A DNA stretch of 23,574 bases, from positions 248,001-271,574 of the forward strand of contig JBEWZL010000063.1 of the NCBI GenBank assembly GCA_045837725.1. Reading direction: 5' to 3'. The translations under genes and the position numbers were made by a program. The notes beneath the pieces were generated by a model. That model was not told where the DNA came from. It made no database searches and was given only the letters and a program-made list of their open reading frames with translations. Source of the DNA: Vermamoeba vermiformis. Taxonomy: Eukaryota. Below, piece by piece: positions 10,801 to 21,615 of the stretch (position 1 is the first letter of the stretch; each line of letters starts with the position of its first letter).

Positions 10801-13307
10801 TGTGCGATAATGCTGGCATCATTAACTCGACCACAAACGACGGCGAAACTGCACTGCTGCTTGTGTGCAAGTCACGGATAAGTTATGAAGCTAAAGCAAA
10901 GCGAGTGGATATACTTATCGCTAACGGTGCAAATGTCAATCTTGCGGTAAGTTTCAAACAATGACTAATGAAATCTCACACAAAACGATTCCCAAATATG
11001 GAAAGTGAAACAGGATCTGAAATTTTAACGCATAGGACAATCAAGGCTGGACTCCTCTTCACGCTGCATGCTACGCGAATGCATGGGATGATGCAGCAGC
11101 GCTGATAAAAGCAAAAGCAAACGTGAATGCGCAAGATCAGAACGGAATAACTCCGATCATGGCTGCTGTCTATGGCTGGCACCACATGCCTGATCATTTG
11201 TCACGTGACGTTGCGCCCGACTGGTTAATGCGAAGGCTCGCTGCCTTATTGAAGGCAATGGATGGCGTTGACTTTTCGTTGACCGAGAAGGTACGTGGTA
11301 CTGAACTTTTTCAAATGAAAATATAATCAGCGTACTAATTGATTGTTTAGCACACCAATCGTACTTTTTTGCACTTATTAGCAACGGTTAATGGCACTAA
11401 GAGCTCTATTCGAAGACTATTTAAATATTTAACGCTTGAAGATTGGTCGCCCAGGCAAGTTCGGATCAGATCCGAAAGTTTTATCGCCATATTAACACTT
11501 AATTATAGAGACGCAGATGGATTTACTCCATTACATTACAGTGCAATGTTTGGAGCGACTAATACGATGAAAAAACTCGTTGAACTTGGCTGCGATCTGA
11601 ACGCCAAAACTACGGCAATGCAATTGACTCGTAAGTTCTTCTTTTCATATAATTTCATTATTATATTCATTGTGCATATATTTAGCGGCGATGGTATATT
11701 TGTATGTTTGTTGTAAGGACTCTTGGACTGGCGAAGATCTGCCGTACAAAAAATGTTTGACAAACTACCTCACCAACTTGCTCGGCAATTATCAGTACAA
11801 AGAGATTACGTACGTATTTATTATTATACAATTCAATATAATAATAGCATTGTAGAGTACCTCCGAAGGATAAATTGGCATTGATTGTCGAAGCGCCGTG
11901 GAACTTTACAGGCTTTATGAACCAAGATGAAACATATTCTGGATAGTACGAATTTAAATATTAATTAATTATTTAATACTAATAATATTTCCTAATTTAG
12001 TACGAGGATTGAAAGTGTCTCGGAGACTTTATCGTTTTTACTCGAAAACTCGGATTTGACACTTGTTGACGGCAATGGCAATAGTTATTTGCACTACGTA
12101 AGTAATTATAATATTTATAACTATGCTTATAATTATGTAGCTTGTCGGCCTGCATTACAAAAAGCCCGAGGAAGTGTTGGACTGTTGCAAAAAATACACT
12201 GCTTTGGATGCACTTTGGAACAAAAAGAATTACAGTCATTCATCACCGTTTCATTTGTAAGATATATATACTAATGATAATTATCTAATATTAACGTTAA
12301 TTTTATATCCAGGTGGAACCAAGTCATTAGGCAGCCAAATGATGAGCTGTAAGAGACTTACCATATTTGGTAATAATCGTCTAATATTTCATTAGGGTTG
12401 AACCCATAGTAGATATTATTGAAAAGCATAATATCGATCTTTTGGAGCAAGATGCAAGCGGTCGAAGCATATTTTTGTGGATGTGTTCTACGAACAGTTT
12501 CAGATTTCATCCCGAACTGTGGTCAAGACTTAAAGGTGCATATTAATAATACTTTAGGTGTTACTATGATACGAATATTAATTTATCGATCAATTAGGAA
12601 AATACAATTTTGCCGCTACGTTTAAAAAACAATACGACAATGGATTTGAGTCGCTTATTATGGGAGGCAATCTTACGGATGAGCTGCTTAAAGTTATTAT
12701 TGAAACTAATCCGGAGGTGTTGAATCAACAGCTGATCAGAGGCCGAACTTTGCTAATGTTCGAGTTGGAATCCACTCTTCAGAGCGTAAGGACATCATAA
12801 TTATATATCTATACTTAGAAAATTGCTTATTTTATCTTCATTTGTTGTTCGTTACAAAATATTTCCAAATAAGGAAATTGTTCGGATTTTAATTTTTCTT
12901 TTTTTTCGTAGGGAGAATTAAACGTATCCAAAAACGAACTGCGTATGATAATAGGCCAAAAAATCAATATCAATCATCAAGACGATAACGGCGATACAGC
13001 GCTTCACATCGCCAGTCGGTATTTTACTCTCGGCATTATCGATTCATTGAACGGCCACATGGTGAGCTTCAACGAATCATATGGATACTTCTACGCTGTC
13101 TTTATGCTATTGGACGGTAAGTCATAACCAGATTTCTATTCTTAGAAAAACTAAAAATTTTTTTGTTCAGTGGGAGCAGATCCAACGATCAAAAACAAGC
13201 GCGGAGAAACGCCGTTGAGTTATGTGCCTCGATTGATGGAGTATTATGAAGAGCTATATAAGAAGTGGCTCAAAGACGTTATAATTGAGATTACGGAAGA
13301 TTGTTAG
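7867..13307 (+). CDS. F-box / LRR-like / ankyrin-repeat protein with acidic insert, paralogue C (apparently intact, 20 exons)
   Basis: MQIDALIDDVVRHIFTFLPLQTRAKIGE|VCKTWFGASRHASLW is an F-box across intron 7951-8109. LRR-like LVDLNLS, LRRMKIS, LELLNL, LKELYM, LERLVL. Same ankyrin series as copy B. Frame stays open across 19 inferred introns to TAG 13305-13307. Confidence 0.88.
11455..11508 (+). other. Non-canonical GC-AG intron
   Basis: ccag|gcaagt...aattatag|agac restores WSPRDADGFTPLHY, matching REPRDVDGFTPLHY of copy B, which has a GT-AG intron (donor 5797) at the same position and phase. Confidence 0.85.
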
Positions 13308-13467
13308 GTCGTAGGAGTAAACTGAATTTCATTTTTCTAAAAAGTCTACTTTAATCTACTGAGAGCTGAACTCACTTTGCATTATTTATTTGAGTGAGTA
13401 AAGTCGGTTATCATAAAGCGATTAGCGGTAGGATCAACTGAACATAGTTTGTTCTCGTTCATTTTTG

Positions 13468-15614
13468 TCACTTTTCGATTTTTTGTTGGATTGCCTTCAG
13501 ACGATTAACAACAATGTCGCCTATAATTCTTGGACTATATTTAGCCACCATATCTTCTCTTGCTTTCTTGCCACGCTTTTGAACTTCATCGGGATTGGCG
13601 AATGCGAATCTCATGCGCTCGCGCAAATGATCAACGGACGGATCTGCCCACATATGAACTTTAAAGGGTCCTATAAAACGCATTATTATAGAAATATGAA
13701 AAAAGTGATATTCTTCGTCGACTTTGCGTACCTTCACCGACTTGTACAAGGCCGTTAATTTTCAACGGGAAAGAATTTTCTTCCGTCATAAACTCTGTGG
13801 GGCCGCTAATAATAAGATAGATATTAGTACGAAAATAATTCATTAAATGAGATGCAAAAATGTTGCGTGAAGTGAAATTTCACGTGAAAAAATTAGGTTG
13901 TCGAAGTGAGGGAGCATGTTGTACCTCCAATTAGTGGCAATGACGGGCACTTCCATGCTCATGGCTTCAACATGAGGTCTGCCCCAGCCTTCTCCGCGAC
14001 TAGGTATAACAAGCACGTGGGCTGATTTATACAAGTTTGGCATTCGTCGTTGCAAGATGTGCTTGTCCACGACTAAAACTCTCGGCAAGTCTTCAATTTT
14101 TTTGTTCGATTCTGCTGCGATTTGTTCTTTTAATGCTTGAATTTGCAATAAATGTTCATTTTTTTCTTTGGCGTGGTACGGATTCGTTACGATGAATAAC
14201 ACAACTTTCTCTGAAGCAGAAAACTCGTTCAAATAAGCCTTCAGAAGTACATCCCAGGCCTTTCTTTTCTCCCACTATAAAAAATAAATTAAATTAGTAA
14301 AAAACCGAAAACCTGAAAAAGATCCGGATGTGGATCCGAACTTACTTTGAATATGGAAAGAAATCTGAATCGATCTACTAAATCTTCTTCATAAAATTTT
14401 GCAAATTTGTCTAACTCGAGCATTGACACGCCTTCAGGATTGAAAAAATCGACATCCACTGCTTCCGGCATCAACACTATTTTCGCTGGATCCACGCCTT
14501 GTTGTTCGAACACTTCTGCTTGAAATTTCGTCGGGACCCATACTTCGTCCATGGCATTAATTCTTTCGCTCCAGCCTTTGGGAATCCTATTTTAATCATA
14601 CACAGTTAGTAATCAAACGGATCCTGGATCTCATTTTCACATTCGAAATAGAGGGAAATTTTATAAGCGCAACTTATAAGCGTTTCTTATAATATTGACA
14701 TAAATTGAGGTTATTTTGTAGTTTTTAAAAAAAATTATCGCGGATGTGGCGCTGTTTTTTTTTACCTGTCAGTTTCAAACATTGTTCGTCCTATCTTATA
14801 AATAGCGTCTTTTAACGGACACAAGCTCGTAGGATACTTCGAAGGGCTCTATAATTAGTTAGATCCAATGCTTATTTTTGATATTATTATTATCGTACCC
14901 AAGCACCAGGTTCGCTGTGACAAATTGAAATTGAATTTTTTTGCGCGGATCTGTACAATTGCTTAATCACGTTTGTATCCTAATAAAAGAACAAGTTAGC
15001 AGATTATATTATTATGTATATTATACTTACGCTATTAGGAAGTCCGTCCATAAACTTTTGGTTCATTGAATCACCATGTTGTTCGATCGATAAATAAGTC
15101 AAGCTAAAAAAATATTAGATCTGCAGATCCAAAGGTTGATTGGTATTATTTAGGACGCACTTATTCATTATAGCCGATACAAATGATATAGCTTCGCTGC
15201 AGTATCCACCGCCGCTGAAAAAAGGCGCCATCCAGTGCACTGGAATGTCAAACTTTTCTATTGGCTCTTCAACGCGCTTGGGTACATTTACTTTTACTAA
15301 ATATAATTTAATATTAAATCATATTTAAATTTGACCTGAAAGCCGTCGAGTAAAATTAAAATTGCAAAGAAAAAATTTACAAAAATTACAGAGCTTATGC
15401 AATATGCCTGTAATAGCAGCCTCTTCTTAATTCTATTATTATCTAATTTTCTAAAATTAAATTTACCTTTTTCTGCAGGTTGAAGGTACGATCTGGAGTA
15501 AGTTTTAACCCGGGCAATCAGATCGCTGACGTGGACCTGTGTAGTGTCCCAATTATATCCTACCCATATAGATATTACCAAAATGATAATAGTGAGAATC
15601 GTGGTGCATTTCAT
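13468..15614 (-). CDS. GT4-family (Glycos_transf_1) glycosyltransferase with N-terminal signal anchor
   Basis: Spliced product: MKCTTILTIIILVISIWVGY (TM), HWMAPFFSGGGYCSEA, IEQHGD, ICHSEPGAW, IGRTMFETDRIP, MDEVWVPT, FLSIFKWEKRKAWDVLL, PSRGEGWGRPHVEAM (GT4 E-x7-E), ATNWSGPTEF, GPFKVHMWADPS; TGA at 13468. From memory, resembles the plant At3g10630-type GT4 subfamily. Confidence 0.92.
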
Positions 15615-15662
15615 TCTCGCAAATAAAGATGTCGCCTGGGAGATCAAACAATAAAATTTATT

Positions 15663-18051
15663 CTAGTTCATCAACAAGCCATCAAAATTATGTTGGATAG
15701 CATAATGATAGAAACTACGATGCGAGTTATAAATTCTCTTTGCTTCAGCTTGATCCAAGTCGTAGAGTGCCTTGTAGATCGGCTTCACGAACAAACCTGG
15801 TAAAAAGGATTCCGTCAATAAATCCGTTTATGCAAAATATATATACTAATTAAATATATACCTCGTCCGTATAATGACAAAAAGTGATCAGCGAGCGGAA
15901 TAACCTCCTTGACTTTGCTCTTCAAATTCATCAAGATCCAGCGATAAACCAAGTCAGCTGTCGTGGTCTCTATATAATAAAGATCAATAATAATACTATT
16001 AATAAATATATGAACATAATAAACCAGTTGCAAGAGGTAGGGCGGAATGGATTCGGATCGACGAAACAAAATTTTTCAAACAATACGCACCTGAAATATT
16101 ATAGAGCCTATTCATATGTTGCAAAGTCTCAGGTTTCATTGGCATAGCAGTATTAAGCAAAATGTCCAAGAAAGCCATCTTTTGCCGGGTCGTCAAACTC
16201 TTCAGATCTTCACTTGTGCATTCCGCACCATCGTTTTCTTTCCACTTCCTAATAGTCACATATTAACTACACTGCCTAGTATATATAAACTTACTTAGCC
16301 AATGCCTCGCATTTGTCAATCTCAGTCTTGTCGAGGAGGTCAAAGTTGACAGGTGGCAGGCCCGTGCCGTACAACCACGTGTTCCAATCAAACGCGTTGA
16401 TTTTTTCTTCGGTCAAACCTTCGTGCTGCACAAAGTGGTTGGTGAAATGTTGGCGCATTTGAGCCGTGGTGATGCTCAGAGTCTTAAATGTCGAGAAATA
16501 GCTCTTCAACCATCGCTGCATCTTGTCCTTGCCTCCAACTTAAATAGTAAATTATTAATAATACAATCTTAATAACGTAAATACGCTCTACGAATCTTGT
16601 CACATTGTGAGGTGGGATCCGGATCTAATCATGTGCACTTACCATGATGCTCCAAGTGGAACAATAACAAGCTACCCTTCTCATAAGGCACACGAGAGAA
16701 TACTTCATCAGGGTCTTTGCCATCAGTATTCGGCTGCAGCTTGGTGTACTCTTTGTTGGCCTCACCGAACTCAGCGACTGCTTTAACGAGACCTTGATAG
16801 CCCAAGTAGATTTCAAAGTGTCGATAGGCCTCTGTTGCCAAAGCACCCGCAATCAGGCGCTCAATGTACACGGTGAAGCCTTCGTTCAACCAGAAATCAG
16901 TCCAGCTCTGGTTCGTGACCAAGTTTCCAGCCCAGCTGTGCACAATTTCGTGCGCAACAACTGTGGCTAGTGATCGATCACCAGCAATCAGACTCTTGCT
17001 CAAGAATGTAAGTTGCACGTTTTCCATGCCTCCGAACGGGAACGAACCGGGCAACACGACCATGTCATACACGGGCCATTGATAAGGCACGCCTTAAGTA
17101 TGCTTTGTTAGCGCACGATCAATAATACTAAATAATACGTACCAGTGATCTCCTCAGCTAATTTGAGGTATGTTTCGGTCTGTTGGAACTCATGCACGCA
17201 AGCTTTGATCATTGAAGGTTCGCTCCAAACACTGCTTCTGGATCCAAGCTTCTCTTTCACCAAGTCGCCGCAAACTAATGCGATCAAATAAGCAGGAATA
17301 GGTTGTAATTGCTCGTAATGGAAAGTTCGGGTTCCGTCTCCGTGAGAGACAGGATCTGACTTCAAAGATCCGCTGCATGCTGCGATTAATGGCTCGGGAA
17401 CATTGAGCTTAATGCTATAAGGCGATTTAACTATACAAATATTAAAAATAGGTCCCGGTTACTATACATTAGTACTATAGCTTACCTGCGGGAGTGTCTT
17501 GGCATGGCACAAAAGTGCGCGCAAATATAGCCTCAAATTGAGTGTAAACATACGGATGCTTCCTTCCTTCCGTCTGTGAGGGCTCTAACCATTGCACGCC
17601 TATAAATTATTGCGTTAATATACTATAATATTATCTCAATTCTTACCTCCTGATTGAGCTGTAGTGTTGTATTCAATTCTAATGCGCTTGGATGTATTTT
17701 CAGAAGCTGGCGAAAAATAAATTGCTAAGCGCTTGCCAAATTTTGGATGATCGACATTCAAGTCATATTTAAGTTCTGCCGAGGTCTCAAGATCTGTCAC
17801 CCTTAAATCATAATTAATTTAGAAAAAAATTACAAAATTGCAAAATAAGCTTACTGCTTGATTTCTAAAAATTTCGTATCCAAATATAATCTATCGGCGC
17901 TCTTCTGAATTTTTGCGGTGACATCTACAAAGCCTGAAAAAATCTTTTTTGAGAAATCAAGCTTTAGATCCAAGTCCAACTGCACAACAATGCTTTCGCT
18001 GAAGTTTGCATAAGACTGCGCGTCTTCTCCAATTCTTTGATTGTCGCTCAT
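15663..18051 (-). CDS. LTA4H: M1 zinc aminopeptidase, leukotriene A4 hydrolase-like
   Basis: MSDNQRIGEDAQSYAN start, HPYVYTQFEAIFARTFVPCQDTP, PIPAYLIAL, FPFGGMEN exopeptidase motif, HEIVHSWAGNLVTN...WLNEGFT (HEXXH-x18-E), VPYEKG catalytic Tyr, C-terminal GRGLFVKPIY...SFYH. TAG 15663-15665 is followed by AATAAA. Confidence 0.95.
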
Positions 18052-18137
18052 TTCAAAGGCGAAGAAAAATGAAGAACCAAAACTCGAAATTTTGTTTCCT
18101 TCTCTATTATACATTTTATTTACATATTAAACATTAT

Positions 18138-21100
18138 TTACCTGTAATTAGTATAATCATTAGAGGTAGCATCATTATTTACAAGGTGTTGTCCGGGCTG
18201 CGGAGGAGTTTGATGTTGGTAATAAACCTGATTGTATGGATCCGGATCGTAGTTCACGTAGTAACCCTGCTGTTGTTGCTGTTGCTGTACATTGCCTGAC
18301 ACAGGTGGTGTACCATACCCATTGTTAGACTGTTGAGTATAGTAGTCTGGTGTCAGTTGGTAAAGTGAAGGACGAGGTTGCGGGATCTCGTTGAACGTGA
18401 CATTGACGCTTATCGCGGGCGCGTACTTGAGGTCCGCCTGAGGCTGCGGCACCGTGCCTGGGACATAGTTGGCAGGTACTTTATATTCACTAGGTATATA
18501 GCCTGTTGTGGCTTTAAGCTCGGAGTAGGGAGTGGCGCCAACACTGTACTGAACTCCAACATTTCTCGCGGCTGTTGTAGGACTAAGATTGCCAAACTGT
18601 TGGTCCACGGGTTGTTGATTCCGTAGTGCAACATGTTGGTGCTGTTGGCGTGCTGCAGGCATATGTTGCTGGTGCGGATTGTGAACCGTGGCTTGTTGTT
18701 GCATTTGCACTGGTCGCATAGTTTGAGGCACTTGCGTGTACTGTTGCACACCTTGTCCGTTAGGATAAGAAGGATACTCTACGGTACTTTGCACGTTATA
18801 TTCCGCGTGACGCTCGCTGGTCCGTAATGGAGCTTGGTGCACAGGGGCTGTAGCAGTGACTTGGTATTGTTGGTGATCGATTCGAGCTCGCTTTGTTGCT
18901 GGTTGTTGGCCAGTGGATGACACGCTGTGCGGTGAAATGCGTGGATTTTCAGCGCCAAGTTCAACAATCTTCGGAACGCGTTGTTCTTCCACGAATGTCG
19001 GCAAGATATCTGACTCGCTGAACTGAGACCAGGAGTTGCCGTACATTAGATTTGACTGTCTGAACCGATGTATGTGATTGAAAAACAAGACTTCGTTGTA
19101 CATGGACACTTTGTTGAATTCCACCGTGCAATCGAGTTGATTTAAGGATTCGATCAACGCGCCAACATTTTCAGCCATATGTTTTAACACATTGACAACC
19201 TGAATGGAGAATTAATTCTCTAACTATAATAATAAATGATAGCTAATAACTTACTCTATTAACTTTAAGGTGGTCACCTCGGTAAGCCAAGATCTGACCG
19301 ATCATGAACAAAGGCATCACAACAAAATAAATATGAGTGCTTTCGCGCCGTTGAATATTCTCGGTGGCCTCGATAATTTTACCAGCAAGCTGTTGTTTAA
19401 TTAGTAATGCTATAGGAGAAAATACTGGTCCAACTTACCAGATCCGATGCATGATCCATTCCTATTAGAAACGATACTACAACATACGTGGCATTGAGAC
19501 GCAACATCAATAAGGAGCTGTATAATAGGTTAGATGTATTTAGGCAAATCAGATACGACGTACGTTAACGCTGGATCCGCCTTCTTTGCCATCGCTTCAG
19601 CTTGCTTCAACATGCCAAAGAGATATCGAATATTATCGAGAGTATTGAAAGATTTATCGCATGAAGTCATGGCGTTCACAATGTCGAACCAGATCTAACG
19701 AAAATTAGTTTATATTTTGAACTCAAAGAACTTACCTTGTGCAGCAAAATTGTCGTTTGTAACGGAATGCTTTCACCTCCAGCTGGCGACTCCCTAATGA
19801 CTTTTGATAACGCTTCTATTTGACCCTCCCTAAGAACGGTCGGTTAGTTAATTCTCGCAAAAAAAGGAAAGCAAGAATGTTCTCTGAACGGAATTTCTAA
19901 AAATAGGAACTGTACAGATTTGGCAATGAACCTTAAATAATCTTGATATCGACGCTCTTTGTTGATTAATATTATTATAAGCGAGAGATTACTTACTTAT
20001 CTTCTTCTAAGGCTTGGTTTAATAAACAAACTTGTCTAACGACCGATAAATTAACTCCGTTCATCTCTTTAACTTTGTATTTTTTCATTAACCGCTCGCT
20101 CATATGTAACGCTGTTGCATTGCACATTGAAGCCTTTTCTGGCTCAACGAACGTATCGTAGGTCCTAAAAATAGGTTACTTTCTGTTTCACAAATTATCC
20201 TGCGTGGGAAAAACGTACCTTGATAAAATATGATAAGTGCCGCAAACAAATGGATCTACTTTGTCGTGAAGACTATTCAACCCAATTCTAACAAAATACC
20301 GTTAGAAGAATTAACCAAAACTACCAACATCCGTGGATGCGTACTTAACGCGGTGGAACAACTCGTCTGTGTAAACATCCGTGCCACTGGCCATAGAACC
20401 TCCTAATAGGCACGCATACATGCATAATAATTGAGAACTATCCACTACAATTGAAAGAGCGTTAGAAAATTCGGATGTGACCCGATACCGATTTTGACAA
20501 GATATCCGATGCAATCCATCTGATAATCTCCTCTTTTGGGTACGCTCCTTATTTAGTAATGAGCAATAATTATGTTGCCAAATTAAAGAAAATGAACTTC
20601 CGTGGTGGACTAAATAGGACAGTTCAATTTTGGTCGTGTATCACTTACCGTCCTTGTCTTGTAGGAAGTTAAAGTCTGTAAATGGTGTGGTTACTTGTAT
20701 GAACGGAAAGATATGGTCGTTGTATCGCTTCATGATCTGATCCATGACGTGCGTGGTAAGCAGATGTCCCGACAGAGAAATGTCCGACGCCTAAACCAAT
20801 GCATTAATGATAAACTAAAACATGACTTGCCTTAAAATGCTTAGGGATAATAATCTATCCATAAGATCGTAATTTCGAGTATTGAGAATGCAAAATCAAG
20901 AAAGGTTTGTCACAAAAGTTGTCGTGCAAATTTTAAAGTCATATCCACTCACACATATGGTGGCACAATTAAATACTATTGTAATTACCTCTGTTTGTTT
21001 TTTTACGAGAAAGTTATACTTTTCTTGCAGCTCTTGGTATTTCTGTCTTTGTAATAATAATTCGCTTGATAATTGATCTACAGTCTTCCTTAGCTCTTGT

Positions 21101-21587
21101 ACTTTGCCTAAAAGTAAATATTAATATAATCGGGGCTTTTCCGACATAGTTTACGCGATAGACTTTTGACGATCGAACGGAAAAACGAACCTGGTATTGG
21201 TCCTCGTCGAGTTGGTTGCGATTGATATGCGCATTTTAATCCCTTCCTAACACAATTACTGCAAGGATATTCACCATCACCTACGAAAATCTGTGAGCGG
21301 AGTTTACGAGTTAAATTTTCTTCGCGTCAGATTTCGTAAAACAGAATCATTATCGTAAATATTTATTCAGGAAAAAATATATATGTATTATTTGTAGCAT
21401 AAAATCGCTCGATAGGCGGCTAATTAATAAAAATTGGCAAGTTCAACTTACATCGCATGTGCTTTCCTTTACAAACGAGACACGCAAGGGATACAGGTTT
21501 GCGTTTCGGTGAATTACTATCACTGTTATTTTTGTCACTGCTAGTATCGCTACTTTCCGGCTCGGGAGAGTAGTAGTAGTGTTGCAT
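18138..21587 (-). CDS. GAL4-type Zn(II)2Cys6 transcription factor with coiled coil, helical middle region and Q/P/Y-rich C-terminal tail
   Basis: Exons 21587-21452 and 21280-21191 join to PKRKPVSLA-CLVCKGKHMRC|DGEYPCSNCVRKGLKC-AYQSQPTRRGP (CX2CX6CX5CX2CX6C). The next exon, KVQELRKTVDQLSSELLLQRQKYQELQEKY, is a heptad coil. The last exon is the Q-rich ORF 18138-19190. Exon boundaries around 20450-20650 and 20790-20990 are not fully resolved. Confidence 0.85.
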
Positions 21588-21615
21588 TTTCGTTCAATCA
21601 ATAAAAATAATGTCT

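Noticed and set aside
578-11508. Several stop-free introns of length 3n (578-637, 2761-2811, 3916-3960, 4055-4099, 5642-5692, 9511-9567, 11455-11508) as programmed intron retention
   Set aside because: About 7 of ~44 short introns is not clearly above chance, and there is no transcript evidence.
204-13127. Treating the many short plus-strand ORFs as separate genes or as frameshifted pseudogene pieces
   Set aside because: They join in frame through canonical introns at positions conserved between paralogues.
14-13307. Endogenous giant-virus or bacterial insertion suggested by F-box + ankyrin content
   Set aside because: About 20 spliceosomal introns per gene, host-like composition and no viral hallmark or integrase genes. 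Ancient transfer is not excluded.
14661-14692. ttataagcg direct repeat and cttataag palindrome in a glycosyltransferase intron
   Set aside because: Short, AT-rich and seen once; no terminal repeats or target-site duplication supporting a MITE.
13468-21587. Zn2Cys6 factor + peptidase + glycosyltransferase as a fungal-style biosynthetic gene cluster
   Set aside because: No backbone synthase or transporter, and no shared pathway evident from sequence.
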